Source: the human T2T-CHM13v2.0 reference genome, Homo sapiens
NCBI RefSeq assembly: GCF_009914755.1
Contig: NC_060948.1
Length of the DNA: 64,000 bases
Strand: one strand, 5' to 3'
Shown here: in pieces, positions 39,901 through 54,600 of the stretch
How the letters are laid out: each line of letters begins with the position of its first letter
Position numbering within the stretch: the first letter of the stretch is position 1
Notes under the pieces: generated by a model
The model's input: the letters and a program-made list of their open reading frames with translations, nothing else
Database searches by the model: none
Told to the model about the DNA's origin: nothing
Program-made: the position numbers and the translations under genes

Positions 39901-42900
39901 GACAGCTCTAACAGCAGGGCTTGCTGTTAGAGCTGTCATGCTGTAGAGCACATGCTGTAGAGCATGCACTACTCTTGGGACACCAAGCCTGATTGTGAGC
40001 TCTAACTAGCACCACAATGAATTTCACCATTGCCTAGTGAAAATTCCTGCATCTTGGCAAAGAAGGAGACTTCTGTGGAGGTGCATCAGTCATGAACTCT
40101 CACCTGTCTTCTCTGTGTTATCCACAGGATTGTCCCATGAGAGTAGGAGAGGGCATACATAAGCCAGCCTGTAGTAACGTCAAGAAGGGTCCCAGGACTA
40201 AACCACAATATCTCTAATGATCCAAAAACATCTGCAACATTTCTCAGATATGCCTAGATATTGTAGAGGTGAGTCTTTTTGAGACTTGCCCCATTGTGAT
40301 TTCTAGGTACAGCCTGCCTGTGTTCCTCAAGGTTGCTCTGGCCCAGGTGGAGATACCTGCAGAACCACGCAGCCTCAGGAGCTGCTGGCCTGTGTGTTTC
40401 TGTGGCAGTGTTGCAAATGTTGGATGTCTCTGTGTGTGTGTGGCATTGTGTATTTCTGTGTGTGTTTGTAAGTGTGTGTGTGAGAGCCTGTAAATGTAGT
40501 CTGCTTAAAGCAATGTGGCTAAAAAACTTCAGTGTTTTTTTTTTTGAGCCTCCCATCATTTTGGTGGCCTGTCTGTGTCTCTGCTTAGCCTGCAAAGCTT
40601 TGTGTGCTTTGTTTTTCTGTGAATTATGAATCTCACATGAATTGGGAGGTGGGCCAAATCCCGCTGGCATCCAAATCACCTCCCCCTGCAGAAAAATCTA
40701 CATTTCTAGAAAGAAGATGAGCACACCACAACAAAAAAACCAGACATTTTTCACTGTTTTATTTTCCTGCAGCAAATACAGGGGGAGACACTAGCAGTCC
40801 TCTCCACAGGGCCACTTGAACTTACACTGAATTTGGTTCCAAGCCCAGCAGGTGCTTCACATAATGAGGGGGCACTCCTCCATCATGTTGGGATTTTATC
40901 CTGGGACCTAGAGTGTGAGTAGCAATAAGGTCAGATACAGGTGAGTATACAATCTGGTGAAAGGTGGTTGGGGCCCTGTAACTACACCTGCAATAAAAAT
41001 AAAGACAGTGTTTAAAGCACGTGTTTCCAACTTCATCCCCTCATTCCCTTAATTGCACAAGCAGTATACACAATGGCATGGTGTTCAGGTGGGAATACTA
41101 CAACGGGCAACGGACATTTGGGGTGCAAATTGGGGCCATCCTGGCAAACTCCCGATTTGAGGGCTTTCATATTCGGAGACCAATGCAATGGAATGAATTG
41201 ATTCTGGGTGGGATGTGGCCTCCACAGTTTCTTCTTTTTCTGACTTCTATGTTCCTCATCCACCTAGAGTTTCCTGTGACTGGTTCAACAACTTCCACAC
41301 TTAAGCTTTCCCAGTTCACAGAGAATGATCTTCATGGGACTCCATTGCCTGAGTGTTTCCTTCTAAACAGTGTCATGTTTTAATAACTGGGAAGCTTGAT
41401 ATTTTAAAACTGAAAATTCCCATTACCACTGCCAACAAAGAAACTCTTTTTCTCCCACTTCTATCGAATGGCTGCATAATACCTATAGGATGAGAATCCA
41501 TGTCTGGCCTTTGCCTGGTAATCTAGCTTCTGTTTCATTTCATCTGCACAGCCTTTTCATTGTGGAGGAGCTCATTCACTGGGCTGTTTCTCGATGTGAC
41601 TTCCTCTTGCCACAGATTATTTAGCTGCCACGGATTTCAGAGGGCAAAAGGGACTTTGGGCAGGCTCCTGCCATCCAGGTTGTGGGTGGTTGCCTTATTG
41701 AGGGGCTAAGATTGCACTTTGCAGGAGAGTTTTCAGTTATCTGACAGGAATCACTGAACATTGCCTGGACTCCAGCACAAGGCAGCTCATTCTGTTAAGA
41801 AATGTCTTGATTTTTCTTTGCTTTCATGGGTATTTCACAGTGAATATTGACAGCACTAATATTCACCTTTTTCAGGCTTGCCATAACCACAGATGGCCTC
41901 GGAGACATTGTCTTAGCCTCATCTGCACCCATTGGAGGCCAGTCCAATGCGTGAGGACACTGCTCCTCCTTGTACTTGCCTTGTCATGGTAACTGCCTTT
42001 CCCAGAGATCCCCTGTTAGTCCCAAGATGAAGGGAGGCAGTGAGGTCAAGAACTCGGCCATCTTTTGCTGATACACACCTCTGGGGTTGGTCTCAGGTAA
42101 GATTCTATCACTCAAATAATCCTCAACCACACACCAGACTATATTGCAATCCCCATGTGACCTGATTCTTGTACACATATTCTCTTTTGGGAATGCAGTC
42201 AGAAAAGCTGTTTCCAGTGACCACTTCACAGTCTCAAAATGCCTTCTTCTCTAACAAAAACTGACCATGGAGACATCCCGAAGGGGCCCTGATATCAAGA
42301 CTTTTAGGGTCCTGCAGTGGGTTTTTGCAGTCACGACTTTTTCTGATACCAAGCTCGCTCTGCCTGTACTATTTTTCTCTGCTTAGGCAGACTGATAGCT
42401 CTGACAAATGGGCACCGGAGCCTGTTTCACAAATGTGCATGCGCTAGACTCAGGGCACCAGGACTGATTGTGAGACCTTGCTAGCATCACAATGACTGTG
42501 ACTGTTGCATACTGAGAAGTCCCTGAGGCTTGGCAGAGACGGAGACTTTCGTGGAGGTGCGTTAGCATTGAACTCTTGCCTGTGTTCTGGGTCTGGCTCA
42601 ACAACTTCCACAACAAATATTTTCCTGTTCATGGAGAACGACCCTCACGAGAATCCATTGCTTGAGTGTTTTCTTCTAACCACTGTCACGTTTTAATGAC
42701 TATGAAGCTCTGAGATTGTTAAAACTGTAAATTCCCATTACAGCCACCAATAAGAAAACTCTTGTTCTCCCATTTCTATCGAGGTGCTGCATAATTCCTG
42801 CAGGATGAAAAGCAGGCAGCCGTGTTTGTCTTTTTCCTTGTAATCTAGCCTCTGTTTCATTTCATCTGCATGGCATTCTTCTTGTGGAGGGTCTCTTTCA

Positions 42901-45900
42901 TTGGGTTGTTGCTAGATGAGACTGCTTCTGGCTAGGGATTATTTAGCTGCCAGGGATTTCAGAGAGCAAAAGGGACATTGGGTACTCTGACTACACTCCC
43001 TATCATTGTCTTGTTGTGGGGGCTGAGAATATTTGCACGTGGCAAGAGGCTTTTGTGTTCTCTGACAGGAATCACTGAACACTACTTGGACTCCAGCACA
43101 AGGCAGCTCGTTCTCTTAGGTGAGACTTGATTTTTCTTTGTTTTCATGAGGAATCTACATTATCCCTTAACAGCACTACTGGACACCCATTTCAGGCTTG
43201 CTATCCCAACAAATGGCCTCTGAGACACTGTTTTAACCTCGTCTTCACCCAAGAGAGGGCAGTATGAGGTGTGAGAACAGTGATCCAACTTTGACTTGCC
43301 TTTGTTGTAGTTTCTGTCTTTCCTTGAGAGCCCCTGCAAGGTCATAGATGAAGGGAGGCAGTGAGGTTAAGAGTCCGACCATCTTTTCATGACACCCACT
43401 TCTGGGGTCTCAGGTATGATCCTATCACACAAAACACCCTCAAGAACACATCAGACTATATTTTAATCCCCATGGTACCCAATACTTGCACACAGCCTTT
43501 TTTGGGAATGGAATCTGAAGAGTAGTTTCTAGCGACCACCTCACAGTCACAAAATGCCTCCTCCTCCAGCAGAACCTAACCACCACGATGGCCTGAAGGG
43601 TCCCTGAGGTCGGGAGTTTTAGTGTGCTTCAGTGGGTTTTTGCAGACAGCCTTTTTCCTGATACCAGGACAACTCTGTCTGTACCATTATTGTCTACTTA
43701 GGCAGGCTGATAGCTCTGACAGCCATGCTCCCCAGCTTGCCTCACGAATGTGCATGCACTATCCTCAGGGCACCAGGCCTCATTGTGAACTCTGGCTTGC
43801 ATCAGCATAAATGTCACCATTACCTAGCAACAAGTCTCTTCAGCTTGGTGAATGAGACTTCTGTAGAGGTGCGTCAGCAGTGAACTATCGCCTGTCTTCT
43901 CTGTGAGATCCACAGGATAGTCCCATGATCCTAGGAGAGGGCAGACATGAGGCAGCCTGAAGAAACCTGAAGCACAGCTCCAGGAATAAACCATGAAATC
44001 CCTAAGGATCCAAAAAGATCAGCAGGATTCCTCTGGCCTGCCTAGACATTGTAGGGATGAGTCTTCTTGAAACTTGCACCACTGTGATTTCTAACTACAG
44101 ACTGCCTGCGTTTGCTTGTAGAACCACAGAGCCTCAGGGGATCCTGGATTGTGTGTTTCTGTGGGAGTGTTGTGAGTGTTGGATATCTGTGTGTTTGATG
44201 TCTGTGTGTCTGTGTGGCATTGGGTTTGTGTGTGTTTGTGCATGTGTTACTGTAAGTGGAGTCTGCTTATAAGAATGTGGCTAAGGCACTACAGCATTTC
44301 TTTCTTTCATTTTTTTGTATCCCAACCTTTTGGTGGCCTGTCTGTGTGGCTTGGCTTGGGCTGTATTGCTCAGTGTTCTTTATTTTTCTGTGAATCATTC
44401 ATGAGTCTGCAGTGGATTGGGAAGCATGCCAAAATGTTTCAGCATCCAAATAACCTCCACCTGCAAAAACAAAACAAAAAAACAAACAAACAAAAAAACC
44501 ACTCTAACCCCCTCTTCTAGACAGAAAGGGAGCACACATACAGAAAGTTTCCCAGTTCATAGAGAATTATCCTCATGGAAATCCATTTGTGAGTGTTTTA
44601 TTCTAAACATTGTCATGTTTTAATGAGTGGGACGCTTTGATAGTTTTAAAACCATAAATTCCCATTAAAGCCATCCAGAAGAAAACTCTTATTCTTCCAC
44701 TTCTATCAGAGGCCTGCGTGATTCCTGCAGGATGAGAAACAGGCAGCAGTGTCTTCATTTTCCTGGTAATCTAGCCTCTGTTTCATGTCATCTGCATGGC
44801 CTTCTTATTGTGGAGGGGCTCTTTCACTGGGATGTTGCCAGATTGGACTGCTTTTCACCATAGATTATTAAGTGGCCAGGGATTTGAGAGACCATAAAAA
44901 AGATTGGCTATTCTGGCTGCACTCCAGGTTTTGGGTTGTTGTCTCTTTTTGGGGGTTGAGGATGTTTGCACTTTGGAGGATGGTTTTGGGTCCTCTGACA
45001 GGAATCATTGAACATTACTTGGGCTCCAGCACAAGACCGCTTGATCTCTGGTGAGCCTTGATTTTCTGTTGCTTTCACAGGGAATCCACAGTGCCCATCA
45101 ACAGCACTACTGGACACCATTTAAAGGCTTGTCATCACCACAGACAGCCTCTGAGACACTGTCTATACTCATATGCACTAGTGAGAGGCCAATCCGAGGT
45201 ACAAGAACACCACTCCAACTTGGAATTGCCTTTGTCTTGGTTCCTGCTTTTCCCAGAGAGCCCTGTGAGGCTCAGAATAAAGGGAGGAAGTGAGGTCAAG
45301 AACCTGGACATCTTTCACTAACACCCAACTCTGGGATCTGAGGTATTATTTTATCACCAAAAGAACCCTCAACAACACACCAGATTATATGCCAATCCCC
45401 GCTGGACCCGATTCTTGCACATAGGTCTTTCCTGAATGGAGTCACAAGAGCAGTTTCCTGTGACCACCTCACAGTAACATAAAGCTTCTGCCTCTGGCAT
45501 GACCCGATCACCAAGATGGACTGGAGAGTCCATCAGTTTGACAGTTTTAGGGTCCTGAAGTGGAGGTTTGCAGGCAGCCTTTTTTTTTGATACCAGGCTT
45601 GCTCTGCCTGTACCATTTTTCTGTGCTTAGATAGGGTGACAGCTCTGACAGCACAGTACCTAAGCCTCCCTCACAAATGTGCATGTGCTAGTCTCAGGGC
45701 ACAAGGCCTGATTCTGAGCTCTGGCTAGCATCACAATACATGTCACCATTGCCTAGCAACAAGTCCCTGTGTCTTGTTGGAGAAGAAGATTTCCATGGAA
45801 GTGTGTTGGCTTTGGACTGTTGCCTGTCTTCTCTGTGGGATCCATGAGATAATCCCATGTTCCCAGGAGGGTACAGATGTGAGCCAGCCTGAAGTAACGT

Positions 45901-48582
45901 CAAGCAGAGCCGCAGGAATAAACCACAAAATCCCCAAGGATGCAAAAGATCTGCAGGATTCCTCAGGACTGCCTAGACATTGTAGGGGTAAGTCTTCTTG
46001 AAACTTGCCCCACAGTGATTTCTAAGTATATCCCGATTGTTTTTGGGTTGCTCTCTCCAAGGTGGGGATTCCTGCAGAACCATGCAGCCTCAGTAGCTGC
46101 CAGTGTGTGTTTATCTGTGGGAGTGTTGTGAGTGTTGTTTGTGTGTGTGTGTGGCATTGTGTGTGTGTGTGTATGTGCCTGTAAGTGGAGTATGCTTAAA
46201 ATAATGTGGCTAATGCACTTCAGCACTTCTTTTTCGAATCTCCCAACATTCTGTTGTGTGGTCATTGTGGCTTTGCTTGGGCTGCAGGGCTTCATGGTCT
46301 TTATTTTTCTGTGGATCATGAATCTGCAGTGAATTGGGAGGCAAGTCGAAATATGCTGGCATCTAAGTCACCTCCCCCTGCAAAAAAAGCCACTCTCCTA
46401 GAAAGAAGAGGAGCACACCACACCAAAAATAAGGCATCTCCCAGTGTTTCATTGTCCTGTGGTGAACCCGGGGAGAAACACTAGCAGTCCTGTCTTCAGA
46501 GCTGCTTGAATTTACCTCATATTTGGTTCACAGCCAAGCATGTGCTTCATGTTGTGAGTGGCCACTCCAGCATTGCCTTGAAATTTCATCCTCGAACATA
46601 ATGAGAAGCAATAAGTTCAGGTAGTGTTGAGGATATAATCTGGTGAGCAGTGCATGGGGTCTCACAACATCTCCTGCAAAAAAAAAAAGAAGACAGATGA
46701 CCCAGAAGGTGCTTCCAACTCCATAGCCAGGTGTTCAGCTGGAAGTACTCCAACATGCAGGGAACATTTCAAGTATAAACTGGGGCCATCCTTTTAAACT
46801 CCTGATGTGCAGGCTTTCATACCCAGAGCCAAAGGAGAGTGTAATGGATTGATGCTGGGTGGTATGTGGCCTATACACTTGCTCTTCTTTTTCTGCCTTC
46901 CATATTCCTCTTCAGCCTAAGGTTTTCTGGGTCTGGATCCACATCTTCCATACCAAAAGTTTCTCAGTTCACAGAGGAAGACCCTCATGGAAATCCATTG
47001 CATGAGTGTTTCTTTCTAAACTCTGTCATGTTTTAATGAGTTGTCAGCTGTGATATTTTAAAAGCTTAAATTTCCATTACAGCTGCCAACATGGAAATTC
47101 TTGTTCTCCCACTTTTAACATAGGGTTGCATGATTCCTGTAGGAGGAGAAGCAGGCAGCCATTCTGCATTTGCCTGGTAAACTTGGCTTTGTTTCACTTC
47201 ATCTGCATGTCCTTCTTCACTGTGGAGTGGATCTTTCATTGGCTCTTGCTGGATCGGACTGCCACTCGCTATAGATCTTTTGGCTGCCGGAAATTTCAGG
47301 AAGCAAAAAGAACTTTGTGTAGACTGGCTATGCTCCACGTTGTGTGTTGTGGTCTCCTTGTTGGGGAGCCGATGTTGTTTATGCTTTGCAGGAGGCTCTT
47401 GGGTACTCTGACAAAAATCTTTGAATATCGCTTGAACTCCCACACAAGTCTACTTGTTCTCTCAGGCAAACCTTCATTTTTCTTTGCTTTCATGGGGGGT
47501 CCACTTTGCACCTCATCAGCACTACTGGACACCATTTTCTGGCTTGCAATTGCCACAGACGACCTCTGATACAATGTCTCAATCTCATCTACACCCGTGA
47601 GAGGCCAGTTTGAAGTGTGAGAACAATGCTTTATTTTTGACTTGCCTTTGTCATGGTTCCTGCCTTTCCCTGAGGGCCCCTGAGATAAGCAGAATGCAGG
47701 GAGGCAGTGAGGTCAAGGGCCTGTCCATCTCTTGCTGACACCCACCTCTTAGGTCTCAGTGATGATTTCATTACCCAAAGACACCTCAAAGACTCACCAG
47801 ATGGTATTCCAATCCCCAAGAGAGCAGACTCTTACACACAGTCTCTTTTTGGAATGGAGACAGAGGAGCAGATTGCAGCGACCACCTCACAGTCTCAAAA
47901 TGACTCCTCTTTCAGTTGGACCTGACCATGGAGACTGCCCAAAAGGGCTCTAGAGTCTAGACCTTTTGGGTAAGGCAGTGGGTTATCTCAGGCAGCCTTT
48001 TATCCCACCCTAGTTCAGTTCTGCCTGTACCATTTTCCTCTGCTTAGTCAGGATGACAGCCCTGAGAGTTGGTTACCTGAGCCTGCCTTAAAATGTGCAT
48101 GGGCTACTCTCAGGATACCAGGCCTGATTGTGAGCTCTAGCTAGCATCACAATAAATGTCACCATTGCCTAGTTACAATGCCCGTGGCTTGCCAGAGAAG
48201 AAGACCTCTATGTAGTTGTGTGGGCAGTGGACTGTCACCTGTCTTCTCTGTGAGATTTACTGGATAGTCTCATTACCCTAGGATAGGGTAGATGTGAACC
48301 AGCATGAAGAAAGGTAAAGCTGATCCCAGGAATAAACATTGAAAACCCTAAGAATCCAAAAATGTCTGCAAGATTTCATGGGCCTGCCAAGAAGTTTTAG
48401 GGGTGAGTCTTTTTGAAACTTGTCCCACAATGATTTCTAGGTACAGTTGCCCTGTGTTCGTTGGGGTTGCTCTCTCCTAGGTCGGGATTCCTGCAGAACC
48501 ACACAGTCTCAGGTGCTGCCAGGCTGTATTTTTCTGTGGGAGTGTTGTGAGTGTTGGATGTCTGTGTGTGTTTTTGGCATCG

Positions 48583-48621
<39 letters not shown>

Positions 48622-51600
48622 CTGTAAGTGGCTCTGCTTAAAATAATGTGGCTGACACACTTCTGAGCTTCTTCTTTTTTTTTTTCTTCCAACACTTTGT
48701 TGGCTTGGCTGTGTGGCTCTGCTTGGGTTATGGGTCCCTGTGTTCTTTATTTTTTGGAAGATCATAAATCCGCAGTCAATTGGGAGGCAGGTCGAGAGAT
48801 GTCTGTGTCCAAGTCATCTCTCCGTACCAAAAAAAGCCAATCTTCTAAAAAGAAGAGGAGCACGTCACACCAAAAATGAGATATTGCCCAGTGTTTCATT
48901 GTCTGTCCTTTGGCCAAACGAGGGAGAGACATTAAGTGTCCTGTCTGCAGGGCCACTTGAATTTACCTCAAATTTGTTTCCCACCTGAGGAGGTGCTTTA
49001 TGTCATGAGGGGGCACTCCACCACAGTCTTGGGATTTTATACTGGGACATAGAGAGTGAGCAGCAATAAGGTCAAATAGGGATGAGGATACAATCTGGTC
49101 AGGGTGGATGGGGTCCCACAACTACACCTGTAAAAATAGTGAAGACAGGTGACACAGAATGTGTTTCCAACTCCATCCCCGCATTCCCTTAATTGCACAA
49201 GCAGACAACAACATGGCTCGGTGTTCAAGTGAGAGTACTCCAATGTGCAAAAAATATTTGGACTGCAAATTGGGGCCAACCTGGCAAACTCCCGATTTGA
49301 GGGCTTTCATACTCAAAGCCAAATGGGAGTGGAATTGATGGATGCTGGGTGGGATGTGGCCTCCAGACTTGCTTCTTCTTTCACTGACTTCCATGTTTCT
49401 TGTTGGCCTAGGGTTTCCTGGGTATGGCTCAACCACTTCTACACTAAACGTTTCTCAGTTCATGGAGAATGATTATCATGGGAATCCATTGCATAAGTGT
49501 TTCCTTCTAAACACTGTCAAGTTTTAATGACTGGGCAGCTTTGATACTTTTAAAATCATAAATTCCCATTACCACCACCACCACCAAGGAAACTCCCACT
49601 TCTATTGGAGGGCTGCATAATTCCTGTAGGATGAGCACTTAGCCATGTCTTGCTTTTGCCTGGTAATCTATCCTCTGTTTCATTTCATCTGGACGGGCTT
49701 CTCATCATGGAAGGGCTCTTTCATTAGGCTATTGCTAGATGAGACTGCCTCTGGCCACAGATTAGCTGCCAGTGATTTCAAACAGCAAATGGGACTTCAA
49801 GTAGTCTGCCTATGCTCAAGGAGGTGGGTCCTTGTCTCATTGTTGAAACTGATGTGGTTTCCAAATTGCAAGAGGATTTTGGGTCCTCTGACAGGAATCA
49901 TGAACATCATCTGGACCGCGGAACAAGGCAGCTCATTCTCCCAGGTATGCCTTGATTTGTCTTTGCTTTCCAGGGGAGTTCACAGTGCCCCTCAACAGCA
50001 CAACAGGACACCACTTTCAGGCTTACCATCCCCACAGATGGCCGCTGAGACCCTGTCTCAACTTCACCTTCATGGGTGAAAGCCCAGTCCAAGATATGAG
50101 AACACTGCTCCACCTTGCCCTTGTTGTTGCTCCTGTCTTTCACAATGAGCCCCTGTGAGGCCCAGGATCAAGGAAGGCAGTGAGGTCAAGAGCACTGCTG
50201 TCTTTTGTTAACACCTGCCTCTAGATACTCAGGTATGATTCTATCGCCCAAGGAACCCTCAACAATACACCCAAGCACATTCCTATCCCCAGGGGACCAG
50301 ATTCTTGCACATACCCTCTTTCTGGAATGGACAGTGACCAGCTCACTGCCTCAAAATGCCTCTTCCTCCACCGGGATCCAACCACAGAGATGACCCGAAG
50401 GGGCCCTGAGGTTGAGACATTTAGCATCCTGCAGTGGGTTTTCAGAGACAGCCTTTTTCTTGATACCAGGCTGGCTCTACCTGTTCCATTTACCTCTGCT
50501 TAGGCAAGCTGACAGTTCTGACAGCTGGCTGCTTGACCTGCCTCATGAATGCATGTGTGCTAGTCTCACAGAATCAGGCCTGATTGTGAGCTCTGGCTAG
50601 AATCACAATGAATGTCACAATTGCCTAGCAAAAAGTCCCTGTGGCTTGGCGGAGAAGGAGACCTCCTTGGAGGTGTGTCATCGGTGGACTCATGCCTGTC
50701 TTCTCTGTGGTATCCACGTGATTGTCTCATGATGCTAGGAGAGGGCAGATGTGAGCCAGCCTGTAGAAAGGTCAAGCACAGCCCCAGAAATAATCTGCAA
50801 AATCCCTAAGGATGCAAAAGGATCTGCAGGATTTCTCAGGCCTACCTAGATGTTGTAGAAGGGAATCTTTTTGAAACATGCCCCACTGTGAAGTACAGCC
50901 TGCCTGTATTTCTTGGGGTTACTCTCCCCAAGGTGGGAATCCCTGCAGAACCACACAGCCTAAGTTGGTGCTGGAATTTGTTTTTCTGTGGAAGTGTTGT
51001 GATGTTGCTTGTCTGCCTTTGTGTGTGGTATTGTGTATTTCTGTATGTGTGTTCCTGTAAGTGGAGTGTACTTAAAATAATGAGGCTAAAACACTTCAGC
51101 ACTTCTTCATCTTTTTTTCTTTTTTTAGTCTCCAAACCTTTCTGGTGGATAACTATGTGTGTACGATTGTGTGTTTGTGTGTGTGTGACTGTAAGTGGAG
51201 TCTACTTAAAGGAATGTTGCTAATGCACTTTAGCACTTCCTTTTTTTTATTTTTTTGAGTCTCCCAACCCTTGGTGGCATGTCCGTTTGGCTCTGCTTGG
51301 GCTATAGGGCTCTCTTCCAGGTGGTGCTGCCTGCACAACAACACAACTTCAGTGGCTGCTGGGCTGTGTGTTTCTGTGGGAGTGTTGTAGTCTAGGATAT
51401 CTGAGTGTGTGTGTGTGTGTGTGCGCGGCACTGTGTGTGCCAAAAAAGCCACTCTTCTAGAAAGAAGAGGAGCTTTTCTAGAAAAGAGACATCTCCAAAT
51501 GTTTCATTGTCCTGTGGCCAACCCAGGGAGAAACACAAGCAGTCCTGTCCAAAGGGCCACTTGAATTTACCTTGAGTTTTGTTCCTAGCCGATCAGGTGA

Positions 51601-54600
51601 TTCACATCTTTGGGGGGCAATTCGCCATCATTTTGGGATCTCAACCTGGGACATAAATTGTGAGCAGCAATAAGGTCATTTAGGCGTGAGGATACATTCT
51701 GGTGAGGGGTACATGGGGTTCTGCAACATCACCTGCAAATAAAATGAAGAAAAATGGCATGGAACGTGCCTTCAACTCCTTAGCCCAGAGTTCAGGTGAA
51801 AGTACTCCAATGTTCAGGGAACATTACAAACTGGGCCCATTCTGGCAAACCCTCAATGTGAGGGCTTTCATACCTGGAGCCAAATGAGAGTGTGATTGAT
51901 TGATGCTGGGTGGTCTGTGGCCTCCACACTTGCCTCTTCTTTTCCTGACTTCCATGTTCCTTTTCAGCCAATGGTTTCCTGGGTCTTCCTCCATGTCTTC
52001 CACACTAAAATTTCCCAGTTCATGGAGGACAACCCTCATGGGAATCCATTGCTTGAGTGTTTCTTTCTAAACTCTGTTACGTTTTAATGACCGGGCAGCT
52101 GTGATATTTTTAAAGCGTAAATTCCCGATACAGCCGCCAACATGAAAAACCTTGTTCTCCCACTTTTATCAAAGGGCTACATGATTCCTGTAGGATAAGA
52201 AGCAGGCAGCCATGTATGTATTTGCCTGGTAATCTTGGCTCTGTTTTACTTCATCTGCAAGTCCTTCCACGATGTGGAGTGGATCTTTCATTGGCTCTTG
52301 CTGAATGGGACTGCTTCTTGCTACAAATCATTTGGCTGCCAAAAACTTCAGGAACCAAAAAGGATTTTTTCTATGCTGACTATGCTGTAGGTTGTGGGCC
52401 ATGGTCTCCTTGTGGGGGCTGATGTTTTTTGGCATTTGCAGGAGGCTTTTAAATCCTCTGGCAAAAATCTTTCAACATTGCTTAGACTCCCGCACAAGTC
52501 AGCTTGTTCTCTCAGGTGAGCCTTCATTTATGTTTGCTTTCATGGGAGGCCCACATTGCTCTGCATCAGCCCTACTGGACACAATTTTTCTGGCTTGCAG
52601 TTGCCACAGACGGCCTCTGATATGGTGTCTCAACCTCATTTGCACCTGTGAGAGGCCAGTTTGAGGTGTGCAAACACTTTATCTTGGACTTGATTTTGTT
52701 GTGGTTCCTATCTCTCCCCAAGAGTCTCTGTGAGGTCCAGGATGAAGGGAGGCAGTGAAATCAAGGGGCTGGCCATCTTTTGCTGACATCTGCCTCTTGG
52801 GTCTCAGTTATGGTTCCATCACCAAAGGACCCATCAAAAACTAACCAGACATATTCCAATCCCCATGGGAATGGAATCTTGCACACAGCCTCTCTGGGGA
52901 ATGAAGGCAGAGGTGCAGGTTGCAAAGACAGTTCACAGTCTCAAAACAACTCCTTCAGCAGAACTTGACCCCGGAGACTGCCCAAAACAGTCCTATGGTC
53001 TAGACTTTTTGGGTCTGGCCGTGGGTTATCACAGGCAGTTTTTCTGGCCATGCCAGGCCAGCTCTGCCTGTACCATTTTCCTCTGCTTAAGCAGGCTGAC
53101 AGCTCTGAGAGACAGGTGCCTGATCCTTCCTCATGAATGCACAGGCACTAGTCTCCGTGGTATCCATGGGATTGTCCCATGATCCTAGCCTGGAGAAACA
53201 TCAACCACAGCTCCAGGAATATACTGTGAAATCCCAAAGGATCCAAAAGTATACACAGGAATCCTCAGGTCTGGCATTGTAGGCGTGAGTCTTTTTGAAA
53301 CTTGTCCCACTGTAATTTCTAGGTACAGTTCCCCTGTGTTTCTTGGTGTTGGTCTCTTGCAGATTAGGATTCCTGCAGAACCACACAGCGACAGGAGCTG
53401 CCCAACATTTATTTATTTATTTACTTATTTTGCAGGAGTGTTGCAAGTCTTGGATGTCTGCATGTGTCTGTGGCATTGTGTGTGTTTGTGTGCCTGTAAG
53501 TGGAGTGTGCTTAAAATAATGTGACTAATGTACTCAGTGCTTCTTCTTTTTTTTTTTTTTGCCTCCAAACATTTCTGGTGGAGTGTTGTGGGTGTTGGAT
53601 GTCTGTGTGTGTGTGTGTGTGACATTTTGTGTTTGCATGTATGTGTGTGTGTGATTGTAAGTGCAGTCTGCTTAAAGGAATGTTGGTAATGCACTTCAGC
53701 ACTTCCTTTTTTTGTGTCTCCCAAACTTTTGTTGGCTTGTCTGTGTGACTCTGCTTGGGCTGTGGGGCTCTCTCCCACATGGTGTTTCCTGCACAACAAT
53801 GCATCCTGAGTAGTTGTTGGGTTGGGTGTTTCTGTGGGAGTGTTGCGAATGTTGGATGTCTGAGTCTGTATGTGGCATTGTGTGTGCCATAAACCACCCT
53901 TCCAGAAAGAAGAGGAGCACACTACACAAGAAAGAGATATCTTTCAGTGTTTTATTGTCTTTTGGCCAACCCAGGAGAGACACTAGCATTCCAGTCCACA
54001 GGGCCTCTTAAATTAACCTCGAATTCGCATCCCAGCCGAACAGGTGATTCATATGTTGTGGGGGGTGGGCACATTTTTTTATCATTTTGGGATTTCATCC
54101 TGGGACATAGAGTGTGGAGAGCAATAAGGTCAAATAGGGGTGATGATACAATCTGGTGAGGGGTGCATGGGTGACACAACTTTACCTGCAAGAGAAATGA
54201 AGACAGATGACACAAAAGGTGCTTTCAACCTCATGGCATGGTGTTCAGTTGGAAGTACTCCAAAGTTCAGGGAACATTTGGACTGCAACTGGGGATATCT
54301 TGGCAAACTCCAGATTTGAGGGCTTTCATCTCCACAGCCAAGTGGGAGTGAGATGGATTGAAGGTGGGTGGGATGTGGCCTCCACACTTGCCTCTTCTTT
54401 TTCTGACTTCCATGTTTCTCGTGGGCCTAGGTTTTCCTGGGTCTGGCTCCAAGTCTTTCACGCTAAATGTTTTCACTTCATGGAGGACAACCCTCATGGG
54501 AATCCCTAGTGTTTCCTTCTAAACACTGTCACATTTTAATGACTGGGCAGCTGTGATATTTTAACACCATAAATTCCCATTACAGCCACCAACAAGGAAA

